This document shows positions 1 through 12,424 of a stretch of 64,000 nt of DNA, piece after piece (positions within the stretch are counted from its first letter, which is position 1; every line of letters begins with the position of its first letter). The translations under genes and the position numbers were made by a program. The stretch is taken from the NCBI GenBank assembly GCA_964016885.1, contig OZ024744.1, forward strand, positions 90,892,001 through 90,956,000, in the 5' to 3' direction. Source of the DNA: Eledone cirrhosa (Eukaryota). The notes under the pieces are model-generated. The model saw only the letters and a list, made by a program, of their open reading frames with translations, searched no databases and was not told the origin of the DNA.

Positions 1-400
1 TACGTTCAAGCATCTCTATAACCTCATTTGAGCGATGTTTCAATGTGGCTACATTCATGGTACCAACTCTGAAGTTGGGAGGGTTGGATGGTTGGGTTGG
101 AGGGGCAGGGAGGGGTGTGTGAGACGGAATTATGTTGGTCATCCATGTCTGAAATAAAGAGGGGTCCTTGTACTCTCGTCTTGCAGCGGGAGGTGAATTT
201 ATCTTTATCTGTGACGTTGTCATTGAGTGCTTAGACTTTCCAAATTTCCGCAGTCAACCCATCAAACAGGTCTAAACTTAAGGAGTAGTAACCGAGGTGG
301 TAGCTTTGCTATACTGATTTGTTAGAGAACTTACTATAAGCCGCTGAGTTATGATTGGACAATATAGCAATGGTGGTGTGTGGGGGGTGGGAGGGCGGGA
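1..400 (-). mobile_element. 5' part of an RTE LINE running off the window's left edge (start of AP endonuclease domain)
   Basis: Minus-strand translation of 1-75 gives FRVGTMNVATLKHRSNEVIEMLER, homologous to LRVATLNVGTLGGRSAEIAEMLER of the RTE ORF starting at 46348. The upstream boundary is approximate. Confidence 0.7.
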
Positions 401-799
401 AATGGGTAACTTTAGGAGAAGGTTAGTTTTTAGGAAGAGTTCAACAGAATGAGACATATTATTAAAAACATGTAAAATATTAATTGAAAATCCGAGAGAA
501 AAACGGAGAATTTGAATCTAGACCAGCATAAATAGAAGTTTAAAACACTGCTTATTGAGTTGACTACGGGTAAAAGGAAAGACAAGTATTTTGCTTACAT
601 TCTCAAAATCGACAGATCATCCGTAAGATAGATTAGATAGATAAATAAATTCTGTTCTTGGGAACCCAGCAAGGTTTATTTTATACATGCGATCAGACCA
701 GGGAGGGGGGGGGGGATATGAGAGAAGGAGCAAAGTTTTTACAAAGTTAGCGAGCGAGATGCAGGGAGGTTCTAGAATAATTAATTAATAAGACTAGAT

Positions 800-1702
<903 letters not shown>

Positions 1703-1727
1703 AATATATATATATATATATATATAC

Positions 1728-1960
1728 ATTTATTTTATTAAGGCTAAATAGTGAATCTTGTTACTCTGGAGTTTCATCTGCTTCTCATGGGGTCATCAGA
1801 CAAAAACTAAACATTTTAGTTTTTCTCTGATGACCCTGTGATAAGCAGGTGAATCTCCAGAATAACAAGACTGACTATTTAGCCTTAATAAAATGAATAT
1901 TTAAAATCTACGTCGGTATTAAGTACACTTTCTCTCTTGACCATCAACTACAAATGGATA
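1728..1960. mobile_element. Fold-back inverted repeat with hammerhead motif in both arms (putative Penelope-like pLTR remnant)
   Basis: Imperfect arms ~1728-1811 and 1815-1899. The minus strand of 1757-1804 reads TTGT-CTGATGA-...-GAAA-CTC-CA-GAG-TA-ACAA. The right arm carries AATAAA and is followed by an unpaired tail. Confidence 0.7.
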
Positions 1961-3228
1961 TACACTCTAAAGTGGTCATGTAGGTGTCATGACAAAAAGC
2001 ACCCATTCAACACTGTAAAGTGGTGATGTAGGTGTCACAACAAAAAGCACCCAGTACACACTGTAAAGTGGACATGTAGCCGTCATGACAAAAAGCACCC
2101 AGTACACACTGTAAAGTTGTCATGTAGGTGTCAAAACAAAAAGCACCCAGCCTACACAGTAAAGTTGTCATGTAGGTGTCACAACAAAAAGCACCCAGTC
2201 CACACTGTAAAGTGGTCGTGTACGTATCACAACAAAAAGCACCCAATCCACACTGTAAAGTGGTCATGTAGGTGTCACAACACAAAGCACCCAGTCCACA
2301 CTGAAGTGGTCATGTAAGTGTCACGACAAAAAGCACCCAGGCCACACTGTAAAGTGGTCATGTAGGTGTCACAACAAAAAGCACCCAGCCATCACTGTAA
2401 AGTGGTCATGTACGTATCACAACAAAAAACACCCAGACGACACTGTAAAGTGGTTGTGTAAGTATCACAACAAAAAGCACCCGATCCTCACTGTAAAGTG
2501 GTTGTGTAGGTATCACAACAAAAAGCACCCAGTACACACTGTAAAGTGGTCATGTGGGTGTCACAACAAAAAGCACCCAGTACACACTGTAAAGTGGTCG
2601 TGTGGGTGTCACGACAAAAAGCACACAGTACACACTATAAAGTGGTCATGTAGAAGTCACAACAAAAAACACCCAGTCCACACTGTAAAGTGGTCACGTA
2701 GGTGTCACAACAAAAAGCACCCAGTCCACACTGTAAAGTGGTCATGTAGGTGTCACGACAAAAAGCACCCAGTTCACACTGTAAAGTGGTCATGTAGGTG
2801 TCACGACAAAAAGCACCCAGTTCACACTGTAAAGTGGTCATGTAGGTGTCACGACAAAAAGCACCCAGCACACACTGTAAAGTGGTCATGTAGGTGTCAC
2901 AACATAAAGCACCCAGCACACACTGTAAAGTGGTCATGTAGGTGTCACGACAAAAAGCACCCAGCACACACTGTAAAGTGGTCATGTAGGTGTCACAACA
3001 AAAAGCACCCAGTTCACACTGTAAAGTGGTCATGTAGGTGTCACGACAAAAAGCACCCAGTACACACAGTAAATGTGGTTGGCGTTATGAAGAGCATCCA
3101 GCCATAGTAATCAAGTCAGAAACAGTTCCATACGAGTAAGACACAGTCGCCTGACCCAACATGCCGTAAATGGGACAACCTGTCTAACCCATGTTAGTGT
3201 GGAAAGTGGACGTTAAATGATGATGAAG
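1961..3228 (+). repeat. Tandem array (~23 copies) of a 48-bp RTE UTR unit, ending in an RTE 3' tail
   Basis: Unit CACACTGTAAAGTGGTCATGTAGGTGTCACAACAAAAAGCACCCAGTC, followed by GGTTGGCGTTATGAAGAGCATCCAGCC...GGACGTTAAATGATGATG, as at the ends of the RTE copies. Confidence 0.9.
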
Positions 3229-3398
3229 ATATATACTATCTAATTTGTAGTGGTCATTGGCTGCATTGATAAATGTCTGATACCCTAAAGGGTTGTTGTT
3301 TTTTTTTGTTTTTTGGGGGGCTTTTCTTTTATACTTTTTTTACAAAGATATAGAGAGTTTATATTTTTTATGTATATATGATACAAATATATTATATG

Positions 3399-3586
3399 TG
3401 GATTGGCAGTATCGGTAGAGGGTGGGACGCCATGCTTTGATGCATAGAGATACGGCCCTTTATGGTCTGAGTTCAAATCCCGGCGAGGTTAACTTTGCCT
3501 TTCATCCTTGCGGGGGTCGATAAAATAAAGTACCAGTAATACACTGGGATAATTGCTGACCTTGTGCCAAAAGTAGAAACAATTAT
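3399..3586 (+). mobile_element. tRNA-derived SINE with Meta-type central domain (family B)
   Basis: A-box-like TGGCAGTATCGG, B-box GAGTTCAAATCC, and the domain GCCTTTCATCCTT..GGGGTCGATAAAATAAAGTACCAG. Other copies at ~4817-4998, 20276-20480, 30798-30972(-), 42079-42176(-), 49395-49695, 50567-50760; degenerate copies at 16385-16600(-) and 17375-17570(-). Confidence 0.85.
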
Positions 3587-4016
3587 ATTTGGATGCATTG
3601 CAAGATTAAATTCATGTATACAAAGAATACAACACTCAACAACATACACTTAAAATAAAGCCATACTTGATTGAAATGATTTTGTGTTGTTGTTGTTGTT
3701 GTTGTAGTAGTAGTTGCTCTTGTAATGCATATGTTATTATATTTAATACATTAGTGTCTGAATATTATATTTCAGTTTCGTGGAATGAGGTTTAAATAAC
3801 ATACTAAGTAAATAAAAACCTTCTGAATTATTGAAGTACTGAGAAGGAAGGAAGGAAGGAGCAGATTTGAAATTTGAAAATGTGAGAATCTCAAATACAG
3901 AAATCAACTGTAATGACAGTCAGTCACTATAAATAATAGTTTAGAAAATCTGGTAAGACACCCGTAGAGAGAGAAATATGGCCTCATATTTCCATCTCTA
4001 GGGGTATATTATGTGA

Positions 4017-4234
4017 AGGCTCATGGCTTAGTGGTTAGAACATTGATTGGGCTTGCAATCGTAAGGTTGTGAGTTCGATTCTCGGGCCAAGTGATGCGTT
4101 GTTTCCTTGAGCAAGACACTTTATTTCACGTTGCTCCAGTTTACTCAACTGTAGAAATGAGTTGCGACGTCACTGGTACCAAGTTATATTGGTCATTGCC
4201 TTTCCCTTGGACATCATATATAGTATATATATAA

Positions 4235-4267
<33 letters not shown>

Positions 4268-4650
4268 GTTGTCACGTCACTGGTACCAAGCTGTATCAGC
4301 CATAGCCTTTCCCCTGGACATCATATATAGTATATATATAATGTGTATATATATATATATGTTGTCATGTCACTGGTGCCAAGCTGTATCAGCCATAGCC
4401 TTTCCCCTGGACATCATATATACTATATATATAATGTGTATATATATATATATATGTTGTCATGTCACTGGTGCCAAGCTGTATCAGCCATAGCCTTTCC
4501 TTTGGACATCATGGGTGGTATGGAGAGGGGAGACTGTATACATGGGTGACTGCTGGTCTTCTACAAACAAACTTGCCCAGACTTGTACCTTGGAGGGGAA
4601 CTTTCTAGGTGCAAATCACATGGTCATTCGTGACCAAAGGGGGTCTTCGA
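4017..4650 (+). mobile_element. tRNA-derived CORE-SINE with an internal ~100-bp tandem multiplication
   Basis: TGGCTTAGTGGTTAGA...GAGTTCGATTCTC head, then CORE-like CCTTGAGCAAGACACTTTATTTCACGTTGCTCCAGTTTACTCAACTGTAGAAATG. The GTCACTGGT.CCAAG...GGACATCAT segment occurs 4 times between 4169 and 4512. Confidence 0.8.
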
Positions 4651-5272
4651 GGGGTACATTACCTGATTTTCTCAGCTATTATTTCTCTGGACACTTTTTT
4701 TGTCTCTAGGACTATTTTATCCAAGTCTCTCAGTTATTATTTATAGAGATTCACTGTTATTACAGATATTTTCTGCATTTGGGATTCTCACATGCTCAAG
4801 TTTCAAAATATTATATTAGCAGTATTGGTAGAGGGTCGGACGCCATGCTTTGAAGCATAGAGTTACCACCCTTTATGATCTGGGTTCAAATCCTGCCGAG
4901 GTTAACTTTGCTTTCATCCTTATGGGGGGTGATAAAATAAAGTACCAGTAATACACTGGGATAATTGCTGGCCTTGTGCCAAAAGTAGAAACAATTATAT
5001 TTGGATGTATTGCAAGGTAAAGGCTTTATCTTACATAAGTATCTCACATAATATTGTATCTATGAGATTTTTATATGTATTTTGAGAACAATACCTTAAC
5101 ATCAGTATGAGTGACCAGTTACGACTGGTTTAAACAGAAGAAGGTGAGAGAATTCTGGCCGGATATGGTTGGTCTGAATGCTAAAGGGTTAAGTATAATA
5201 AAGTACTGGGACAGGGTGTCCAACTCATGCAGGGATGGAAAGCAGATGTAAAATAATAACGAATATGGTAGT

Positions 5273-5836
5273 ATGGTTGTGGTGGTGGTGGTGGTGGTGG
5301 TGATAATGATAGTGGTAATGGTGGTGGTGATTACTATGATAGTAATGATGGCAATGACGATGGTAATGTTGGTGGTGGTGATAATAATAATGATGATGAT
5401 GATGATGATGACGATAACGATGTTGGTAGTGATGATGATAATGGTGGAGGTGATGATAGTGGTATGGAATAATGGTGGTGATGATAATGGTATGGTAATG
5501 GTGATGATGGTGATAGTGATGAGGATGATGATAATGGTGGAGGTGTTGGTGATGATAATAGTAATGGCGGTGATTATAATGACAATGGTAACAGTGATGA
5601 TAATAATGATGATGCTGATGGTGGTGATGATGACAATGGTGATGGTGGAGTCAATACAATTGACCAAATTCTTCAAGACAGTAAAAAAAAAAACCCACAA
5701 AAAAAAACTAAAAAAAAAACAGTAAAAAAAAAAACAGTAAAAAAAACAAAAAACAAAAAAAAAACAGTAAAAAAAAAAGAAGTTATAAAAAAAACAGTAT
5801 AAAAACAGTAAAAAAAAAGTAAAGTAACAACAAAAC
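5273..5836. repeat. (GAT/GGT)n low-complexity tract plus A-rich ACAGTAAAAAAA repeats
   Basis: Visible trinucleotide and poly-A periodicity. Confidence 0.9.
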
Positions 5837-5968
5837 ATTATACTTCCTTCTTATTTTATTTTATTTTTCATTACCAATGAAACCAATTTTTTTCTCTTTT
5901 TATTTCATGAACAATTGATATTTTCTGATTGGTTGGTGGTAGACAGAAATTATAAAATATAAGCATGT

Positions 5969-6159
5969 TTAACTGATGGTGTAGACCAGTTCCTTGACAA
6001 GCTTTGGGAGACTGCTGCCGTTTTCCATCAACACTTCAAATTTGTCCTCATTGATGATAAACTTCTGATCCATAGCAACAGGAAGAACATCTGTGCAGCC
6101 TTTCCATGTTCTCGTGCCAATGTCTGGATTGATGAACTCCCAAATTTTCACGGAATTGT
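5969..6159 (-). CDS. Terminal coding exon of an uncharacterised host gene
   Basis: Acceptor TTTTCTTCTGCAG at 6160, phase 1. Reads (D)NSVKIWEFINPDIGTRTWKGCTDVLPVAMDQKFIINEDKFEVLMENGSSLPKLVKELVYTIS*. Unique, protein-like sequence with AATAAA on the minus strand at ~5899-5904. Phase matches exon 16742-16868. Confidence 0.75.
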
Positions 6160-6195
6160 CTGCAGAAGAAAATAACATAAATGTTTTATTATTAA

Positions 6196-7050
6196 TCTAT
6201 ATATATATAAAACTGACGATGTCTGTCTGTGTGTGTGTGTGTGAGTTCGAATCCCTAAAACTCAAGAACCACCCAACCGACTGTTTTCAAACTTTACACA
6301 TGTAATACTTGTTTCAGGGAGTGTTCTGAGCAAAAAAAAATTTCAAATTTTCAATGCCCTAGGGACCGCATTAGGCGATTTAGCGATCTCTCTCTATAAT
6401 TCTTAGTCTTTCTCTTTTTAGATAGATACATACATATAAGGTCGCGCCCTTATAATACCTGTCTGTATGTCTTGCTGTCTGCATTACGTCACTTCCCTGA
6501 GGATGTCTGTCTGTGAGTTTGAATCCTTAAAACTCGAGAAGTACCCAACCGATTTTTTTCAAACTTTACATGTGTATTACTTAAAATTCAACTTTTTTTT
6601 ATCTCCTAGGGCACACATTTGGTGAAAAACTGCATTTTTAAAGAATTTTAGGGTTTTTTTGAGGCGTTACGTCAGTTACAATTTCAAGGAAATCGGTCTA
6701 TGTATTAGTCAGTCTCTTCTTCATACTTCATACCGTAAGCAAAGAAAATCCAACTTTCTTATTAGGTGATTTCGCATTAGGTGAAAAACTTCATTTCCCC
6801 AGATTTTTAAGGTTTTTTGAGGCGTTAAATCTAGCTGATTTTCCCCAAATTTCAAGGCATATTATGCACATAAAAAAATTCATTAGGTGAAAACCTGCAT
6901 TTTTCCTGCTTCATCGAGGAAGATTATCCAGCCATCAGAGTTTATTTTTTCTACATATTATCCAGGCATGCAGTTTTCCCACGATTAGGTCTGTTGGCAG
7001 CCTGCGTTCCAAAATACCTTATCCCGTGCAACACCGGGTACCAGTGCTAG
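6196..7050 (+). mobile_element. Non-autonomous Helitron
   Basis: Begins with TC after an A and ends CTAG before a T. Subterminal GC hairpin CCCGTGCAACACCGGG lies just before the CTAG. Internal duplicated blocks; no TSD. Confidence 0.8.
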
Positions 7051-7057
7051 TATATAA

Positions 7058-7820
7058 TAATTGTTTCTACTTTTGGCACAAGGCCAGCAACTACCCAGTA
7101 TATAACTGGTACTTTATTTTATCGACCCCATAAGGATGAAAGGCAAAGTTAATCTAGGCGGGATTTGAACTCAGATCTTAAAGAGACGTAACTACGCTGG
7201 AAAGCATGTACGACCCTCTACTCATACTGCCATACGATAATAGTGGTATATTGGCAGAATTGGTAGTGTTGGACAACATTAATATATATTATTATTAAGG
7301 GCGGTGGATTGGCAGTATCGGTAGAGAGTCGGACGCCATGCTTTGATGCATAGAGTTACGGCCCTTTATGGTCTGAGTTCAAATCCCGCCGAGGTTAACT
7401 TTGCCTTTCATCCTTACGGGGTCGATAAAATAAAGTACCAGTAATGTACTGGGTAATTGCTGGCCTTGTGCCAAAAGTAGAAACAATTAATATATATTAT
7501 TATTAAGGGCGGTGTATTGGCAGTATCGGTGGAGGATCGGATGCCATGCTTTTCAGCATAGAGTTACGGCCCTTTACGGTCTCGGTTCAAATCCCACCGA
7601 GGTTAGCTTTGCCTTTAATCCTTATGGGGGGTGATAAAATAAAGAACCAGTAATGTACTGGGGTAATTGCTGGCCTTGTGCCAAAAGTAGAAACAATTAT
7701 TAAGAGCAGTATATTGGCAAAATTGGTAGTGTTGGACAACATGCTACTGTTTTGACCCTTTACGTTCTGAGTTCAAATCCTGCCGAAATTAGATTTACCT
7801 TTCATCTTTATGAGGTCAAT
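7058..7820. mobile_element. Cluster of family B (Meta) SINEs: one minus copy, two full plus copies, plus partials
   Basis: 7058-7232(-), 7298-7488(+), 7506-7699(+) and ~7705-7820 (partial) all match the family consensus. Confidence 0.85.
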
Positions 7821-7844
7821 TATTTCATTACTAAGATAGTAACT

Positions 7845-9018
7845 TAACCCTTTACCATTTACATTACTCTATATATACTATTGTATTTTCACGGTAAAGG
7901 CTTTATCTCACATATCGAATCTATAAGATTTTGATATTATTTATTTTGCAAACAATACCTTAATATAAGTATGAGAAGCTGGTTGTGGCTGGTTTGAACA
8001 GAAAGAAGTGAGAGAATTCTGGCCGCATATGGTCATTTTAAATGCTAAGGGTTAATGTTAGGTTCTTATATAAAATTATGCTGGAAGATTTTAATTTAAA
8101 TTGGAACCCTTCAAAATGGATGGTTTTATTTCATAGAACCAGAGCCGGTTTTAGCTGGGTTGGTAACTAAAATAGTAACTTAATGTAAGGTCCTTATACA
8201 AAATTATGTTGGAAGATTTTAATTTAAATTAGAAACCTTTAAAATGGGTGGTTTTATTTCATAGAACCAAAGCCGGTTTTTGCCAGGTTGGTAACTAAAG
8301 AGTGAAAATGAAATTAAAAACACATCTTAACCCTTTAACATTCACATTACTCTATATCTACTATTGTATTTTCACAGTAAAGGCTTTACTTACATAATTA
8401 TCTCACATAATATCAAATCTACGAGATTTTGATATTATTTATTTTGAGAACAATACCTCAACATAAGTATGAGAGGTAAGTTATGGCAGGTTTGAACAGA
8501 AAGAGGTTAGAAAATTCTGGCCAGATATGGCCTGTTTAAATACTAAAGGGTTAAATTCCACACAAAATTATACACTATTCAAAATTGAATAATAAGAATG
8601 ATTAGCTTGGTCTTACACAAAGCATAGCATATTCCAATTTCATGTCTTGTTTTGTGTATTGGAATAGTTGCCAAGGGCCACATGAAATGTTATTTGGTAC
8701 TTCTTCAACAACAACCACAACCGGGGGCCCTCATTTGCCTTAAGAATGTGAGGGAGGGGGGGGGACACAAACCAACATTTGTTGATTCTTAACCCTTTAG
8801 CATTTAAACTGGCCATATCTGGCCAGAATTCTCTCAATTCTTTCTGTTCAAAATGGCTGTAACTGGCCACTCATAATTGATGTTAAAGTATTGTTCTCAA
8901 AATAAATAACATCAAAATCTCATAAATTCGATATTATGTGAAATAATTATGTAAGATAAAGCCTTTACTACAAAAATACAATAGTATATACAGAGTAATG
9001 TAAATGCTAAAGGGTTAA
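7845..9018. mobile_element. Three copies of a ~225-bp piggyBac-type MITE
   Basis: Termini TTAACCCTTTA(G)CATT...AATGCTAAAGGGTTAA (TTAA target, CCCT/AGGG ends) at 7845-8054, 8328-8554 and 8788-9018. Further copies at ~16066-16292, 24096-24725, 25957-26273, 40365-40582, 49877-50440 (nested/tandem) and 51880-52095. Confidence 0.85.
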
Positions 9019-9483
9019 AGGAGCATGTTAGTATTGCTGATGGTGTCTTTCCCGGACCCTATCACATAAGCAAAATTTTACGCTAATCAAATTTTATATA
9101 TTCAAATGAAGTTCAGATATAAAAAAAAAAAATAAGCTTAAAAAAAATTCATTATATTAGATAAACAAAAAATAAAATATAGACGTTTGAAAAAGTGTGA
9201 GTGTGTGTGTGTGTGTGGGGGGGGGGGCACTTGTTCCCTGGTACTCCTCTGAAACAAGGCCCCTTGACCACAACTACCTAAATTCCATCACAATTACACA
9301 ATAGACAATGATAAATAAAGTGGACAGTTTGGATGTTCTCAGGCCAAAACTGAAGTTCAACACATCCTGTTCACTGGTGCCCCTCAACCTCATCAAAACT
9401 TTCTAAGAGAGTGAAACAATAGCAATTACTACTACTACTACTACTACTACTACTGATACTTATGCCATAACATACAAATATTT

Positions 9484-10592
9484 ATGCTGGTGGTGGTAGT
9501 AGTAGTTAGTGTTGGGGGTGTGGGTGGAAATAGTATTTTTAGCAGCAGTAGTTGGAGCAGTAGTAGTAGTAGTAATGTGGTGGTGGTGGTGGTGGTGGTT
9601 GTGGTGATAGTAGTAGTCGTAATAGTAGTAGTGGTGGTGGTGTTGGTGGTAGTAGTAATAGTAGTAGTAGTGGTGGTAGTAGTAATAGTAGTAGTAATGG
9701 TGATGGTGGTGGTAGTAGTAGTGGTGGTGGTGGTGGTATTAGTAGTGGTGATAGTAGTAGTAGTAATGGTAGTTGTGGTGGTGGTGGTGGTGGTCGTCGT
9801 AATAATGGTGATAGTTGTAATGGTGGTAGTAATAGTGGTGGTAGTAGTAGTAGTAGTAATAGTAGTAGTAGTAGTAGCAGCACACCATCATTGCTGCTGT
9901 TGTAAATTCTACAGGTCAGAGTGTTCAGCTTGAACTTAGCCAGACTTTAAAATGCAGCTACATCTAGAACTAAAGCTAGAACTGTGGTGAGTCACAGTTT
10001 ATAGATATTGATTTCTGACACATGTGCACAACAGGACCTTGCTCACTCACATTTGTGGTGAGATTGGGGGGAGGGGGGGACTATGGGTACATGGAAGTGG
10101 AGGAGGGATGGAAAAAAAAAGGGGGGGGGGGAGAAAAGATTTAGATGGTTAACCCTTTCGTGACCCTATTTTTAACAATAATATAATATACAGCCTTTGT
10201 GTTTTAGTGGTTGATAGTGGTGGTGGTGATAGTGGTGGTGGTGGTGGGGGTGATAGTAGTGGCAGTGAGTGGATGGGTTAATCATCACCACCACCAACCA
10301 CCACCATCACCACCACCACCACCACCACCACCACCACCAACAACCACCAACCACCAACCACCACCACCACCATCATCATCACTATCACCACCACCACCAT
10401 TGTCACCATTGCCTGCAACCACCACCACCTTCCACCACCATCACTGTCACCCCACCATCATCACTATCACTACAATCATCACTATCACCATCACCACCAC
10501 CACCACCACTGTCACCATTGCCGCAACCACCACAACGACCACAACGACCCACCACTACCATCATCACTACCATCACCACTGTTGCAACCATC

Positions 10593-10624
<32 letters not shown>

Positions 10625-10630
10625 AATAAT
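9484..10630. repeat. (GTA/GTG)n and (CAC/CAT)n microsatellite tracts
   Basis: Trinucleotide periodicity; the overlapping ORFs are homopolymeric. Confidence 0.9.
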
Positions 10631-11125
10631 TATTTTAAGTCTATCTTTCCCTATTCTGCTAACTGACCAAGCCAGTATTCAAATGGAGTTACTGATTTCT
10701 TAAATGGGTGACAGGAGGAAGAGATGGGGACCACATCCCACTTACAATCATTCCCAAGCTCTGCTAAATGTGTTTTATTGTGGCACCAGCATTAAAGAGG
10801 TTGTCATGTCTTTGACACAAATGAAGAGTCCTACAGACCTTATATATAGTTGCTTAACTCTTTTGTTAACCAATTTTTAACAAAGTTCTGTATGAACAAG
10901 ACATGGTCACTTGACCTGGCATTTCTCACAACAGGACAACTTGTCTAACCCATGTTAGTGTGGAAAAATGGACGTTAAACAGTGACGATGATAAATAATG
11001 ATGATGATTATACTGCCTTTAAATTTTGGTGGCATGGGAATATATATATATATATCATCATCATCATCATCATCATCATCATCGTTTAACGTCTATCTTC
11101 CACATATATAGCAATGTTGTTTGGT

Positions 11126-11670
11126 AATGTGCAAAGAACCTTTGAAGATTGGAAAGAAATGAAGCTTGCATGCTTCTATGGATGTGTAATAGTAATATAC
11201 ATGAATAGCAAAGCATAAATGAACTGAGAGAGAAACTGGGCATAAGGGAGATCTGACGGTGTGCAGCAGAGCAGATTGTGTTGGTATGGACATGTGATGC
11301 ATATGAAAGATGACAGCTGTATAAAAAGGCACAGGGCACTGAAAGTTGATGGAAGCTATGGAGTTGGAAGACCTAGGTAGACTTGGGATGAGGTGATAAA
11401 AGCTAACCTTGCACAATTGCACCTCTCAAACGCAATGACACAGGATCGAAATCTCAGGCGATATGCAGTAATACAGAAGACCCGCCTTCCCATGTGCACG
11501 AGTTGAAACATACATCTAGTATGCACCACTTCACCTATCTTCTTACATACACCTCCAACGTCATAACATGCCACTCCTCACCCGCATCCCTAGATCTACT
11601 TCCCCCAAGTCCCCAGTCCACACTGTAAAGTGATCATATTGGTGCCATGACAAAAAGTGCCACGCCCACA
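11126..11670 (+). mobile_element. Degenerate 5'-truncated RTE LINE 3' fragment
   Basis: Frameshifted match to RLERNEACMLRWMCNSNI...WYGHVMRMKDDSCIK. Confidence 0.8.
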
Positions 11671-12080
11671 CTGTTGGAAAAACTCTTTCCTGGTTGACCT
11701 CCACTGCTTTCTGTTTGGTTTTGGTCATGTCAGGGATGTAGCTGTACTCACCATGCTTGGCCAATTGCAGATTGCCGAGGCTATTTAACCCATAGTTGTG
11801 ACACACATGCACGCGCACAAACACACACACACATATATTAAAATATTGTAAAATTTATAATCATATTGTCTGACAAAAGAATAGGCTAACCAAAGTTCTA
11901 CAGATAGTAACTATTAGACTCTAAAGTCAGTTCTACTAATATAACATTTTAAAATTTTCATTAGGAGCAGTAACACAATAATTCAAGAGTAAGAAATTGT
12001 CTAGACAAAGGTATCCATATGAGTGTTTGTACAATGTTATTTCACCTATATAAAAGTGGTACTAGGGTTATCGTGTTTGA

Positions 12081-12160
12081 GCTCTACTGATGAACGACTC
12101 CAACCATGACCTTCCCCACTGAAAGTTTCGTGAAATAGTCTTTTTAAGACTATATAGAGC
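12081..12160 (+). ncRNA. Type I hammerhead ribozyme motif (canonical core)
   Basis: Stem I GCTCTA/TAGAGC; core CTGATGA; stem II ACGA/TCGT with a long loop; GAAA; stem III TAGTCTT/AAGACTA; cleavage triplet AUA at 12152-12154. Confidence 0.8.
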
Positions 12161-12424
12161 ATTTGTAGTTTTTCCAAATTGAAGGATGAGTATTTAAACT
12201 TTATTTTATTCAGAGTTAAGGCTCTATTGACTTTTCCCTGGATTTCACAAAACTCTGTGCATAAATCTATGTCTTGATTTTTTTTTAATTGAGTTTGAAT
12301 TATTTTCCCACATCTTACATTAATTATTTTTCCATTTTTGACGTTATAGTCACTTATATATTATGAAATACTGTTGGCTTCACGCTCACAATAATTTCTA
12401 TACTTTCATTTATATATATATATA

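Noticed and set aside
480-525. Weak hammerhead-like words (also ~25496-25540 and ~62865-62895)
   Set aside because: A stem II or GAAA-like element is present, but there are too many core mismatches and no clear stem I. Possibly decayed members of the same class, but not supportable individually.
1961-3107. CRISPR-like array or Cys/His-rich repeat protein (also 53037-54305)
   Set aside because: Units are contiguous with no unique spacers, the context is eukaryotic, and the unit derives from the RTE UTR; the ORFs result from the 48-bp period.
5969-6178. WD40 repeat suggested by SSADNSVKIWE
   Set aside because: The SSA residues come from the intron acceptor; the spliced sequence reads FGVNDNSVKIW, with no WD40 context.
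9278-9402. Possible additional minus-strand exons (also 18167-18194, 20835-20919, 21860-21933, 25131-25226, 33695-33747)
   Set aside because: Splice-like signals and short open frames exist, but phases or acceptors do not fit the 16742-to-6159 chain and I recognised no homology.
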